A DNA stretch of 64,000 nucleotides. Source: an uncultured Chloroflexia bacterium (GTDB lineage: Bacteria; Chloroflexota; Anaerolineae; Anaerolineales; E44-bin32). The stretch covers positions 149,279 to 213,278 of the forward strand of contig CAVPZJ010000004.1 in NCBI GenBank assembly GCA_963710255.1, written 5' to 3'. Shown one piece after another: positions 20,883 to 33,610 of this stretch (position 1 is the first letter of the stretch; every line of letters begins with the position of its first letter). The notes under the pieces were generated by a model, which worked only from the letters and a program-made list of their open reading frames with translations, was not told the DNA's origin and searched no databases. A program made the position numbers and the translations under genes.

Positions 20883-23800
20883 CTAGGCGGGCTGTGCGCC
20901 CATCCAGACTCGGACGGTATGCTTGACGGGTTCGGGATCGAGCAGGATGATGTGCTCGGCAAGCTCCCGCCCATCCAGCTCGACCTTGACCACCCCGCTT
21001 TGGACGTGCTCCGGGTTCATGACCTCGATCTCGTACTTTGCATCCTCGTGCCGGAGGGAGACGCTGGAACCCATCCCAGCGCTCCGGGATGACGGGATCG
21101 ATCGAGAGCTGATCCCCGTGCTTCTTCAAACCGAGGACATCTTCGGTCCACACCCGGTACATCCAGGCCGCTGGATCCTGTGTACCAGCTCCAGCCCCCC
21201 TGGCCGAGGCGGCCGGGCAGCGAATAGACATCGGCCGCTACGACATACGGTTCGACGGTGTAGCGCCAGACGTCCGGCACATTTCGGGCATGTTCGACCG
21301 GGTTCAACATGCGCAGGAGCTCAACCGCACGGTTGCCGTCGCCCTTTAAGGCGAAGGCCTTTCGCCAGCCAGAGGGCGGCATGGGTGTACTGGCCGCCGT
21401 TCTCACGAACACCCGGCGGATAGCCCCGGATGTATCCGGGCGAGGGTTCGCTTGTATCGAAAGGCGGGGTGAAGAGCAGGGCCAGTCCGTCATCTTGCCG
21501 GACGAGATGCTCCCAGGCTGATTCGAGCGCCTGCGCCTTCCGTTCCGGGTCGCCCGCGCCAGCAATCCAGGCCCATGACTGGGGAAGGGAGTCGATGCGG
21601 GCTTCCGTGCTGGCCGCAGACCCCAGAGGCGTACCATCATCAAACCAGCCGCGCAGGTACCACTCACCGTCCCATGCTGTCTGCTCGATTGCCCTGGCGA
21701 GCTGGGCGGCATCCTGCTGATAACGTGCGGCGAGATCCGGCTGGTCCATCACCCCGGCCAAATCTTGCATGCGCTGGAGGACATCGACCAGGAACAAGGC
21801 GAGCCAGACGCTTTCTCCGGACCCGTGTTCGCCAACCCGGTTCAACCCGTCGTTCCAATCACCGGTTCCAATAAGCGGCAAGCCGTGAGGCCCTTGTGTC
21901 AAGCCTCGCTCAAGCGCCCTGCGGCAGTGTTCGAATAAGGTCTCGCGATCGGGGGAGACCTGCGGTTCGATAAACAGCTCATCCTGGCCGGGCTCCAGCT
22001 CGGGCGCGTTCAAGAAGGGGATCCTCTCGCGCAGGATCGCTGCATCACCCGTAACCTGGACATAGCGGCTGGTGATGTACGGCAGCCAGAGCAAATCATC
22101 GGAAATGCGTGAGCGGATGCCGGCGCCGCCAGGCGGGTGCCACCAGTGTTGGACATCGCCTTCGGCGTACTGGCGGCTAGCGGCGAGCAGAACATGCTCA
22201 CGCGCCAACGGCGGGTTGGCCAGGAGCAGCGCCGCCACATCCTGCAGTTGATCCCGAAATCCAAATGCACCGCCTGATTGGTAAAACGCAGAGCGGCCCC
22301 AGATGCGGCAGCTGAGGCCCTGGTACAGCAGCCAGCGGTTGAGCATGAAGTTGATCGATTGCACCGGCGTGTCGACCTGGACCGCGCCCAGCATCCGATC
22401 CCAATAACGGCGTGTCGCTTCCAGCGCGCTGGCCGCACCCACGGGGTCGAGCAAGCCCCCCATGATTTCGAGTGCCTCTGCTTCGTCAACCGCCTGTCCA
22501 AGCAGGCAGACGACATCCTGGCTTTCACCAGGTGCGATTTCAAGCTTCACCTGCAGCGCGCCGCAAGGGTCGAGCTCTGCCCCAAAACGGCCGGCGAGCT
22601 GGACCTGTTCAAGCGCCTGGGGTTCCTGATCGGTGCGGTTCCGGCCGAGGAATCCGCTTCGGTCACAGGTGAATGATTCCGCCCGGGGGCTGATCGCCAT
22701 GAAACTGACCCGCTTGGGATAATCGGGATGGTATCCATTGCGAGCGAAGATGATCCCCCGCTCTCGATCCCAATTCGTGACGATGTGCTGCTGTGACTCT
22801 TCGCGCTGCTCGCCGAGCGTCCATTCCGCGTAGAACGTGACGCTCAGCTTCCGAACTCGCTTCGAGTCGTTGTGCAGGGTCAACACATGGACCTTGACCG
22901 GGCGCCCGCCGTTCTCGTCGACGGGGACGAATGTCGCCAGGTGCTGGTCGATGGCATGGCTGTTATGCTCGAAGCGGCTGTAGCCGGCGCCATGGAAAAC
23001 CCGGTAGGCGTTGCGCTCGCGGATCGGGCCGGCAGTCGGGTTCCAGAAACGCCCGCTCTCCTCATCGCGGATGTAGATGACCTCGCTGTGCGGATCAAGC
23101 ACGGCGTCGTTGGACCACTGCGTCAGCCGGTTCCGCTGGCTGTTCCCGAACCAGGTGAAGCCAGCGCCTGTCTCGCTGATCATCGTCCCGAAGCTCGGAT
23201 TGGCGATCACGTTCACCCACGGTGCAGGCGTGTTCGTGCCAGGTCCAAGGTAGATCACGTATTCATCCCCGTCGTGGCTGAAACCTCCCAGGCTGTTGAA
23301 GTAAGGGAGGTCCATGAAGGGCAGTTGGCGGGAGGGTTCCTCCTCGATCTTGCGGGTGACAAGCTGGGACGGCTGTTCGACGGTATCAAAGGGGATGCTG
23401 ATTTGCTGCGCCAGAGGCCCGCGAGCGGCTACGAACGCCACACGAGCGACGGACTGCAGCAGGATCAAGTCCTCCTGGGCGATCTGGTCGACCGCGCGCA
23501 GGTACACACCGCCTGGCTGGTCCTTGCTCGTGAGCATGCTGAACGATTGGATCAAGCGTTCGAGGCGCTCCATGAGGGGTTGCTCATAGCTGCTCGATTC
23601 CTCGTTCAGCACGACCAGATCGGTCAGCAGGCCATGCTGCCGCCAGTAGGCTTGCGCCTGGAGCAACTGACGGACGAGTCCCAGGTCAGCCGGATCGGCG
23701 ATGGAGACCAGCAGGATGGGCAGATCGCCCGATATGCCGTATGGCCAGAGGCCGGATTGCCCCTTCTGGTTGGCTTCGATGCGTTCACCTGCCGGCCGCA

Positions 23801-26800
23801 GGTAAGCCGAGGGGTAGAGCATGTGCCCTGCCAGTTTCTGGAAGCGACGGGCATCATCGGGGTGGATGCGAAGCAGCCGCAGTTCCAGCTGCGCGGAAGC
23901 CCACGCAATCTCGAACGCCCGCTCAACCACCGCCGGGTCGTGGTACTTATCAATCAAGGCGAGCGCAGATTCCCGGCTTTCAGCGATCCCCAGCACTGCC
24001 ACAAGCTGAGTGCTCTGACCGGGGAGGAGCTGGAATTCCCGCTGCATGCAGAAGACCGGATCAAGCACATAACCAGCCGTGCTGCCAAGCGATCCCTCAA
24101 GCCCGATTGGATCCTTCATGGAGCGACCGCGCCCGATGAACACACGCCGGTCTGTTTCGTAGGATGCAGCGCCCTCTGCATCCGCCCGCTCGAGCCGGTC
24201 GAGGCTGTGCACGGCGAAGACCGGCACATCATCAGCTTGCCGCAACCGCCGGTAAGCGAGCAGGGCGTCTTGCGGCTTGAGCGCTTCCGTCTCGATGAAC
24301 ATCTTGTTAAAGGCTGGATGCTGGCGATCTGCTGCATGTGGAGCGAGGGCGAGCTCGTAATAGCTGGTCGCCTGGATGGTCCGGTTGCGGAGTGAACGGT
24401 TGGTGATCGTGATCCGGCGGATTTCGACGTCATCCTCCGGCGACACGATCAGCTCGGTCTGTGTGTCGATCCCATGATCCCGGCGGCGATACTCTGCGCG
24501 GTCAAGCGGAAAGTGGACCGTGAAGCGATCCGGTTCCTGGTTAACAGGGTGGAATGTATTCGACCACACATCGCCGCTGTCCATGTCTTGCAAGTAGAGG
24601 AAGGAGCCATAGGGATCGGAGGTGGTATCTGCCCTCCAGCGTGTGATATCCATCCCCTTCCAGCGCGTGTACCCGCCCCCTGCGCTGGTCGTCATGCTGG
24701 AGAGCTGGCCGTTCGATAAGAGTTGGACTTTCGGCGTGATGCTGTGGGCGGTTTCGAATTTGCTCACGCTCGGCGCGATTCCGCTGGCTCCCACACGGCC
24801 GGGGATTTCTTCCCGTGTCGAGATATGGTGGATCGGTGGCGAAATGGGCACGCGCTCGTAGAGCAGCGGCTCGGCGGCCTTCACGCGGGGGTCGCTGTGG
24901 AAACGGCGCTGCATAATGTTATCGAAGAGCAGGTTGGTCAAGCCCAGGAAACCCATGCCCTGGTGGTGTGCCATGTACGCACGAACGATGACCCCGGGGT
25001 TGGCATCGGCTTTCGGGCGCCGGTTGAAATCGATCGCCTCAAAAAACCCATAATCATTCAACATCCCACGCTCCTCAAGCCGGCTTAAATTCTTATAAGC
25101 CGCACGCGGGTCTACGGCGAGCGCCAACATGGTGGCATAGGGCGCGACGACGAGGTCTTCGTCCAGGCCGCGCTTCAAGCCAAGCCAGGGCACCCCGAAG
25201 GCCTTGTACTGGTAGGTCTTGTTCAGGTCCAGATCGCCGTAGGCCGATTCGGAGATCCCCCAGGGCACGTGCCGCCGGCGGCCGTATGCTTCCTGGAGCG
25301 CGACCGCCTCCCGGGTGGCCTTGTCGAGCAGTGAGTTGGGAAAGGAGCGCTGCAGCAGGAGCGGCATCAGGTATTCAAACATCGTGCCGGTCCAGCTGAG
25401 CAGCACCTGGTGCTGTCCATGTGAGCTGTAGGGCCGGTTCAGCGCCAGCCAATGCTCGACTGGGACATCGCCGCGGGCGATGGCGACATAGCTTCCAAGC
25501 CGAGCTTCGCTGGCGAGCAGGTCGTAGTAGGAGCTGTCAAGCTGGCTGGTGGAGACGTTGTACCCGATGGCAAAGAGCCGGCGCGTAGGGTCGTACAGGA
25601 AGCGCAAATTCATCTCACGTGCAAACTCCCGGGTGTCTGCTGCAGCCGCTCGCCAAGTCCCAGCATCTCGCCGGCGAACCACCTCGCCCGTGAAAGCGCC
25701 TCGGCCAGGCGTTCGACCCGGGAGCGGTTGGCCTCATCCAGGGCGGAAGATGAGAACTGGTCCAGGTTGAATTCGTGCGAACCTGCAAAACTCCCGGCCG
25801 CCAGCATGCGCAAGGAAGGCGCCTGGTCGAGAGCTGCAGGCAGGGCCAGCAGCGGCTCGAGCCCGGCGGCGAGCAGTTCATCCTCGGACCATTCCTCAAG
25901 GAGCTCGATCCAGACCAGGTAGCGGTCAATGATCTCGATCCAACCGGCTACCTGGCGGGCGAGCTGTCTTGCCCAGTAGGCAGCCCCCGCATGCAGGTTT
26001 GCTTCTTCGCGCAGGTCACTCGCCAGGGTGCTGCTGATGGGGTGGATCGCGCGCATCAGGCGGATGATGTCAACGAGACCAGGCGGGCATTGTTTGATCC
26101 TGTTGATCAGGTCGATGACCAGCTCGATTTCCTGGCCCGGGTCGAATTCGTGGGCGAGCTCTTCCTGGAGGATCTCAGCAGTGTCCACCAGCCCCTGCAG
26201 TGCTGACTTGTCGAGGACTGGATTTCGAAGCAGGTCGTCGAGGCCCTGGTCGAGGGTCCAGAGCGCGGCGATAAAATTGCCGCTATCGACCGAGGAAACA
26301 TAACGCGGACGCAGGGGCGCCCTATCTTCAAGAGCGTACCAATTCAGCAGGTGACCCTCGTACCGTTCGAGCCCCTTGACGGTGCCCATGGTGCTGCTGA
26401 GGTACTCGATGACCTGGTCGGGGGTGATGTACCCGAAGTCCTGAGCGGCGAGCACGCTCAACATCCACATCCCGATGTTGGTCGGGCTGGTCCGAAGGGC
26501 AAGCTTGTTCTGGTGGGACACCTGGTAGTTATCTGGAGGCAGCCAGGCAGTTTCCGGTCCAACAAAGTCGGCAAAATAGCGCCACGTACGCCGGGCGACT
26601 TTCCGAAGCTGCTGCGTCTCGGAGTCGCTCAGCGCCCGATCGGGTGTCCGGGTGGAAGGTTTCAGGGAGAGCAGCCACCCGGTGAGGGGCGTTAGGAACC
26701 ACAAGCCGAGCCAGGGCAGAGCGGCAGCCAGGCTGCCAGGATTGAAGAAGTAAAGACTGATGCCGAGCAGGGCAGCGATCGTTGAGATGAACCAGAATAT

Positions 26801-29800
26801 CAAGGTGAAGCGGAACCGCGCTGCCCGGGAAGTGCCTTCGGCCATTTGCGCCGTCGTCCATTGGAGAAATCCGCGCCGGCTGATCAAACGCCGGTACAGC
26901 ACCCGGGTGATTGCATCCAGGCTCAAACCCGCCTGGTGCATGAGCAAAGCTGCCTCGACCAGCGCCCGGGCCAGGTCATGCCCGATCTGCCGCATTGAAA
27001 AAGCCCGCAGGCCATGCGGCGAGGTGGCCCAGGTCAGCGGGCCGGCCAAGGGTTGGAAGAGGATGACGGCTGCGATGAGCCCGGTCGTGAACCAAAGCAA
27101 GGCCGGGGTGAGGGACCACGCCAGCACCAGGGCGGCCACGCTGGCTGCCGGGACCAGGCTGCGCCGCAGGTTGTCGAATATTTTCCAGCGGTTCAAGGGA
27201 CCCAGCAGGTTGGGCACCCTCTCGAGCTTGCGATTCGGGACACTGCGGCAGGATCCATTCGGCGATCTGCCAGTCTCCCCGGATCCAGCGATGCTGGCGG
27301 CGGCTGTAGCTTACATAATCGGAAGGGAATTCATCGAAGAGCTCGATGTCGGTCGCCAGGGCGGTACGAACGTGCGCTCCTTCGATAAGGTCGTGGCTGA
27401 GCAAGCGCTCATCTGGAAAGCGTTCGGCCAATGTCCGCTGGAAGGCGCGCACATCGTAAATCCCCTTCCCGATATAGGAACCCTCGCCGGAAAGATCCTG
27501 GTAGGCATTCGAGACCGCCTTCGTATATGGATCGGTCCCGACAGGATCGGTGAAGATCCGGCTGAAGACCGTCGAGGCGGCGCTGGGGAGCGAGGGGCTT
27601 ACGCGGGGTTGGATCAGCGTGAAGCTGCCCCGGGCGATGCTCCCGTCCGGATCGTAACGCGGTTGGTTCAGCGGATGAGCGAGCGTCTCGATCATGCGCC
27701 GGGCGGAATCGCGCGGCAGCTGGGTGTCGCTGTCGAGGGTGATCACGAAGCGAATGTGGGAAAGCAGGTCCCCGTTCCCGGCGATGACGAGCGGCGGTTC
27801 GTCATCCCTTCGAAGACCCAGGATGAGACGGTTGAGCTCCTCCAGTTTGCCGCGCTTACGTTCCCAGCCGATGTACATCTGTTCCGATTCGCTCCAGGAC
27901 CGCTGGCGGTGGAGCAGGTAGAAGCGATCCTGGCCATACTTGTTGGTCAGCTCCTGGATGCCCTCTTTGGCAAGCTGAAGCAAGTGGGCGTCGGCCGGTG
28001 TCGTTTCGGTATGCGCATCATTGAAATCAGAGAACAGACCATAGCTGATATTGGCTTCGGGGTTCGCCAGATACCGGATTTCCAGCTTTTCGACCTCGGC
28101 TTTGATGGTTTCTTCGTCGGTCAGCAAGCATGGGAACAACCACGAACGTACTGGCCGTATCGGGGATACCGTCCTTGTGAAAATCCAGTTTGGGAAGCCG
28201 GCGAGGTGGCAGGAGGCGTGTTACCAGGTAGTTGACCCATTCCGTGGCGAGTTGGCTGGCTGGAAAAAGGAGCAGGAGCAGGGCAAGGATTTCCCATGCA
28301 GAAGGCACTCGTTTGACGAGGAGGAGGAGCGGGGCAAGAAGCAATCCCAGGGTGAGCGTGCCAATCGAGCCAAGGTAGAGCAGGATATGGCGGCGATAAA
28401 TCCATTGCTGAAGGCGGAAGCGCCAACTCTCGCGGCAGCCAATAAGCCTGGCGAACTCGATCCGCTTGTCGCCGATCAAGTAACCCCCGACGTGCTTATC
28501 CCGGGTTTCCCAACCGGCCTGGGCGGGCTGCGCCGCGGCCATTTCAATCAACTTTGCGGGCGACCTGCACCTGGCCAAGCGTGGAGCCGCGCGCCAGGAC
28601 CTCAACCGTTTCGCGGTACAGATTCCGGGTTTCGAAGTCCATCTGCGGGTAAACACCCGCCGGGTCGCGCCGCAGGATCAGCTCGACCTGGCTCAGATGC
28701 TCGAAGATTTCCCGCCAGTCGAGCCGGGAAAGTTGGCGCAGGCTGGTGATGGCGTTGCCGATCGAGATCTGGTTGGCAGCCTGCCGGGCTTGTTCGCCGG
28801 AGTTCAGCTCCGTTAATGGCCTTCGTAGGGAGCGCTCCAACCAGCTCTGTACCGGGACGAGCGCGGCATCTTCATCGTACAAGTTGCCGCTGAGCTGGGT
28901 GGCGAAGAAAGCACTGGGCCGAGGTTGGTCATTGGAAAGTTCGGCCAGCACGGCGAAAAGTTGGTCGGGTTCTCGGCGCAGGGTCGTGAGCAGGCGGTTT
29001 GCCCAATATTCGGCTGATTCACGGTCGGTGAGCTCGCCCCACGCCTGGCGCGCCAGCTGCTCGACACGCTGGATGAGCGCGATGCGCAGCAGGAGTGGTA
29101 AGGCCCACAACTCCCCAATTTCAAGGAAGTCATTCGACTGGTACGAGGTGAGAAACCCGAGGATGTTCTCGCGATCCAGGCGGGCGTCGCTGTGCGCAAC
29201 GAGCTCCTTGGCCACGCTGTAGACGCGCGGCTGATCCCTATCAGGATCCTCGATCAGCTTCGGCAGTTCACGGTAATAGGATTTGGGGAGGTTGATCTGT
29301 ACATCACGGCTGTGACCTTCGATCAAGTATTCGTTATCGAGGATCCATTCGGCTACCGGACCAATTGATTGCTCAAGGCGGGACGATTCGCCCATATCGT
29401 GGCAGATGACATGGATCGTCTCGCGGGCTTGTTCGAGCTGGGCAAGCAGCTCGCGGCTCGCCCCGCCCCTGGTATCCACGACGTGATCGTGGGCTAGGAC
29501 TGCGGCATGCTCCTGGATCTGGGGCAACGCCAATGCGGTCATGTCTGGAAGAGCGGGTGCCTGGGGGAAGAGCCGGCGGGGGTGCAGTACGAAGATGGCC
29601 ACCTCGGCCTCAATCACGTCTCGCAGGATGTGCACTGCACCCTGAAGGAGGTGGATGGGTGCTTCAAGAATGATCAACGCTTCCTCGCCGCGCAGGCGCG
29701 GGAGCTGTGCTTCAACCTGTATTTTCGAAACACCTGGAAAGAGCCGGGTTGAAAGGAGCAGCCCCAGGGATCCACCAGCCCCAAGACCGATCATCCCATA

Positions 29801-30073
29801 CAACAGGGCGACCGAGGAACCCACTCCAAAAATATCGGGCAGCAGCAAGGCCTGGGTGAGCGCGATCGTGACTGCCGCAACGAAGATCGTCGTCAGGGCA
29901 GCGAAGAGTATGCGGCTGCGCCGGGCGGGATCGAGCTGGACTACGTGGCCGTTCGAGGTCCGCCTGAGCAGGATGCGACGCCGGAATCCATGCTTGCCCA
30001 GGTAGCGCAGGGCAGCCTGGGCGGCATCAGCTTCTCGAAAATAGCTCAAGAGTACAGCGAGTTCGCGCATCAT
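20883..30073 (-). CDS. ndvB: Cyclic beta-1,2-glucan synthase (Cgs/NdvB/ChvB type, with C-terminal GH94 phosphorylase-like region); about 7 frameshifts
   Basis: EWILDNEYL, GWERKRGKL, ITLDSDTQLP, LSHDLIEG, RWIRGDWQ, WLPPDNYQ, RTSPTNIG, GHLLNWY, YDLLASEARL, WGISES, MAHHQGM, YQSGGAFGFRDQLQD, GDWNDG and ENGGQYTH in order across consecutive ORFs. Confidence 0.92.
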
Positions 30074-30422
30074 CCTCGATGATGTTTGGGGGGGCGCAAC
30101 CCAGCGCGTGCCGGCCTCGGGCTGCTGGCATGCCAATGCTGCCTGGGTAAGAACCCTTGAATTATACGTAAGTTAGCAAAGAATGGAGGGCAGACGGGCT
30201 CCAGGCAAGAACCAACCGACAACCAGGCTGAGGCTTCCGGTCTCGATGCGGGCAGGCCGGCCTCACCCGCCTGCAGGGAACACAAAATTATTCTAAAATT
30301 TCCGGGGTGGTCCGGACCGGAGTAACCCCCGAATTCCGGGGTCATTCGAAGTCTTGCGAGCGCGTGAACCCGCAGCGCCGCTGCGGACGATGCGATAGGC
30401 GACATTCGTGAGGTGAACCGCC

Positions 30423-31427
30423 ATGTCCTTGTTTGAGCTCATCAATGCGAACGGTGAATCGATTGCGATCGAGGGAACGGTCGTCCTGGGCCGAGGTTCG
30501 GGCGCGACTTTGAAGCTGGAGGACTCGGAAGCCTCCCGCAAACACGCCTCGATCTACGTAGTCGAACAGCGCCTAATGATCCGCGACGAAGGATCCGCAA
30601 ATGGGACCTACGTCAACGATCAACGGATTTACCAACCTGCAGCGCTGGGAGACGGTGATGAGGTGCGGATCGGCACGACCCGCTTCAAGGTCAGCATCAG
30701 CGATGTGGAGGATGTCATCCCAACCGTGATGGCCGCCGAACCGGCGCCTGCGTTGCCTAGCGATCCAGGAGAGGCTACCGGGACAGGGGCAAAGCCAAAG
30801 CCAAAGCCCAAGCGACGCTTCGGGCTGCTGGCCATCGGGTGTGGGGTTTTGCTGGCGGTCGCCTTATGCGCCGGGATCGCGCTGGCACTCCTGGGCAGTT
30901 TGGGCCCCTTGCGAGACCTCCTGGCCGGGCTGGGCTTGCCTGGCTCATCCGGTTTGTCCTACTCCCTCGAAGATGTGCTGCAGGAGGAGACGGTCGACGA
31001 CCGGCCTGGCGTGGTGAGCTACCTGGGCGTACCGGATGCGTTCACCATCTCATCCATCACGCTGGAAGGCGTGCCGGTGCGGGTCGAGACCTGGCGCTAC
31101 TATGGCTTTGGCACGCGGGTGGATTTCGTAGACGGGGAAGCGACCTGGACCATGGACATTGAGCCTGCGCCGGAGGATTCGATCATGCCGGCGTGGTACG
31201 ACCCGCTGGCTTTTCAGCTCGGCATGACGATGAGCGAGGTAGCCTCGGTCGTGGCCAGTGCCTCTCCCGCCGGCCAGAGCCCGGAGCTGATTGAATTGGA
31301 CGAGGGTGGGGAGGATCTCGCTGGCGGGCTGATGCTCGTGGGGGACCAGATCCTGATCGGCCTAGATGGATCGGGGGTGGTTTACGTAGAAACCATCGGC
31401 CTGCTCCCTGACGAGGAGGGTGGATGA
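30423..31427 (+). CDS. FHA-domain single-pass membrane protein with extracytoplasmic C-terminal domain
   Basis: FHA (VLGRG, ASRKHA, DEGSANGTYVN), Pro-rich linker, KPKPKRR followed by a TM helix, acidic C-terminal domain; GAGG RBS. Confidence 0.88.
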   Translation: MSLFELINANGESIAIEGTVVLGRGSGATLKLEDSEASRKHASIYVVEQRLMIRDEGSANGTYVNDQRIYQPAALGDGDEVRIGTTRFKVSISDVEDVIPTVMAAEPAPALPSDPGEATGTGAKPKPKPKRRFGLLAIGCGVLLAVALCAGIALALLGSLGPLRDLLAGLGLPGSSGLSYSLEDVLQEETVDDRPGVVSYLGVPDAFTISSITLEGVPVRVETWRYYGFGTRVDFVDGEATWTMDIEPAPEDSIMPAWYDPLAFQLGMTMSEVASVVASASPAGQSPELIELDEGGEDLAGGLMLVGDQILIGLDGSGVVYVETIGLLPDEEGG

Positions 31428-33379
31428 TGAAGAAACTCTGGGCCAGGACCCTCATCTTCATACTCATCGTCGGATTGCTAATCACCGAGGCTCCGGGCGG
31501 CCTGCTCGCACCACGCCCGGCCCAGGCGCAGGGGACTCCGGTAAATGGGATCGTCGCGCTCTTCAACATCATTGGAGCGGCAAGACGCCGCAACCGCGTC
31601 TACCGGGAAGCGCGTGCCACCCAGGGGGAGATGGATGCCTACTACGATGGCCTGATCGAGGAAGCGCGCACACAGCTTCGTGAACGTGAACTGGCCGGTG
31701 AGTTGACCCAGGGGGACCTGACCCTGGAGAACCGCGGCCAGCTGCGCGTCTACATCAAGATGTACGAGGCGCTGGCGGCAGAGCGTGAAGCGGTCACCCA
31801 GCAAATCGAGTCGGAAAAGAACGACGCCCGGCGCCAGTTCAACCGCAACCTGACAAGTGAAGTGGTCGGCATCCTGGTCAAGTCACCGGGCGGCCAGCGT
31901 TTGATCGGTGACCTGCGCTCGACGATCGGTGAACTGCGGGAGGTGGTCGCCTCCATACAGCAGGCCATCGCCAACAACCAGCCTTTTGATCTCCTGGCCC
32001 AATCCCTGCAGAGCAAGGTGGAGAATATCCCCATCCTGCGCGGTGCAGCCTATGAGCTCGGGCAAGCTGCCGGCCATAAGCTGGACCAGCTCCTGGGTGG
32101 TGTGATCACGCAGACCCAGCGCGTGCTCACAAACATCCAGGGCGGGATGAACGACGCCCTGCAGCAAATTAACCAGATCGATGGTGAGCTCGCCCGGCTG
32201 GATGAGCGCGAGCGGACCCCGGTTTCACTCGTCGAAGAAGGCAGTCTCCTCGGGAGGATCAACGGGGTTGACCGGGCGAATGCCGCCGTCGACGTGGCGG
32301 CGCAGGCATACACAAATGCCGCCATCATCGCCAACAACCTCGGCAACCTGAGCGAGGCCGAGCGCTCGACGATGCGCGACCGCATCCGCGATCAGCTGCT
32401 CCAGGACCGCCTGGATCGCCTGGCACAAGTCGGGAGGAATTCTTCGAGCCTGGCTTGCAGCGGGGTGGGGCAGGGCGAATACCAAGTCGCCATGCTCGAG
32501 CTGGGACGGACCCCGGAGACACCGCTCGATCCCGCGCGGGCTGGTTACCTGGTCTGCCGGGATCGGAACTCCGGAGCCATTGTCCATGCGGCCTTGATTG
32601 GACCGGCGGCCGGAGGAGAGGCGACCGCCACCGTCGAGTCGGAAGAAGAAGAAGCGGCCACGGCGACGGTTGAGGGGACGCCGGAAGAGGAACGCTGTTC
32701 CCTGACCGGGAACGGCGATTTCGTCATCGAGGGTTACTCGCTCACGAGCCGTTCAAGCACCTGCGAGGATATGGAGTACCCGCTTGGTGCCTCTGCCGAT
32801 CCGCTGCTGCTTTACATGGCCGTCGCCGGCCGCTGGGTCGTCTCGGCCGATACCCCCGCTGGCCTGGAGTGGACCTGGCAAGCCACCCAATCCCTGGACG
32901 GTGCCGTCGTGCAGGGGGAGGCGAAGATCGTCGGCAGTGAACTCAGGATTACGGCCAACATCACGGCGCTGCCCGGATCGTCGATCGTACCTGACTCTGC
33001 CCCCGGGAACGGGTTTGCGCTGATGGCGATCTTCCCCTTGATCCCCCTCGTCCTGGGGACGTCATCCAGCCGGCGCCGCCGGCTGATCTTGCTCGGGTTG
33101 ACGCTGGTCGCCTTCCTTCTCATGGCCCAGTCCTGCGATATCTACGGCGATTTTCACGGCACCTATACCTTCCCGCTCCCGGAGGACGGTTTCGCCTGCG
33201 AAGTCCCGGCCGAGAACCCCAACCTGGCCGAGATGCCGGGCAGTTCGGGGCAGGTCGGGATAAATCTCACCGTCGTGGATGATGAAGGGAACCAGCAAAG
33301 CTGCAGCTCGTCTGCGGCAGTCCACGGCCTCGGTGTCTTGAAGAGGGATGGAGTGTTTACGGAAGACTCCTTGGAGTAG
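31424..33379 (+). CDS. Large secreted hypothetical protein (coiled-coil N-half, TM hairpin near C-terminus)
   Basis: Signal peptide ending AQA; ATGA coupling to the FHA gene; 651 aa uninterrupted. Confidence 0.8.
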   Translation: MMKKLWARTLIFILIVGLLITEAPGGLLAPRPAQAQGTPVNGIVALFNIIGAARRRNRVYREARATQGEMDAYYDGLIEEARTQLRERELAGELTQGDLTLENRGQLRVYIKMYEALAAEREAVTQQIESEKNDARRQFNRNLTSEVVGILVKSPGGQRLIGDLRSTIGELREVVASIQQAIANNQPFDLLAQSLQSKVENIPILRGAAYELGQAAGHKLDQLLGGVITQTQRVLTNIQGGMNDALQQINQIDGELARLDERERTPVSLVEEGSLLGRINGVDRANAAVDVAAQAYTNAAIIANNLGNLSEAERSTMRDRIRDQLLQDRLDRLAQVGRNSSSLACSGVGQGEYQVAMLELGRTPETPLDPARAGYLVCRDRNSGAIVHAALIGPAAGGEATATVESEEEEAATATVEGTPEEERCSLTGNGDFVIEGYSLTSRSSTCEDMEYPLGASADPLLLYMAVAGRWVVSADTPAGLEWTWQATQSLDGAVVQGEAKIVGSELRITANITALPGSSIVPDSAPGNGFALMAIFPLIPLVLGTSSSRRRRLILLGLTLVAFLLMAQSCDIYGDFHGTYTFPLPEDGFACEVPAENPNLAEMPGSSGQVGINLTVVDDEGNQQSCSSSAAVHGLGVLKRDGVFTEDSLE

Positions 33380-33580
33380 CTCGACTCCCTGCCATGCCCG
33401 GATCCCGGGGTTCCCGGGAGCGGACCCGGGACTCGACCTGCTTTGAATCCTGAGGCGGACGCTTCCCATTCGACTCAGCGTGCTCGTCCACCCACGGACG
33501 GGCACGTTACCATTCGCTGTGTGTCACGCCCATTCTCCCTCACAGATGCTCCAAGGGACCGCGGCGGAATTACGAGCACG

Positions 33581-33610
33581 TTGACAATTCGGACCGTTTA
33601 GGTGCACAAT
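33581..33610 (+). promoter_or_regulatory. Putative sigma70-type promoter for the 33821-35123 unit
   Basis: TTGACA-N18-CACAAT. Confidence 0.45.

Noticed and set aside
22872-28235. Long plus-strand ORFs (22872-24395, 26760-28235) and similar antisense ORFs such as 2153-3385
   Set aside because: They are antisense shadows of well-supported high-GC genes and have no recognisable motifs
14866-30073. Programmed frameshifting or genuine pseudogenes
   Set aside because: The breaks are numerous, fall in unrelated genes and share no slippery motif; sequencing error is more parsimonious
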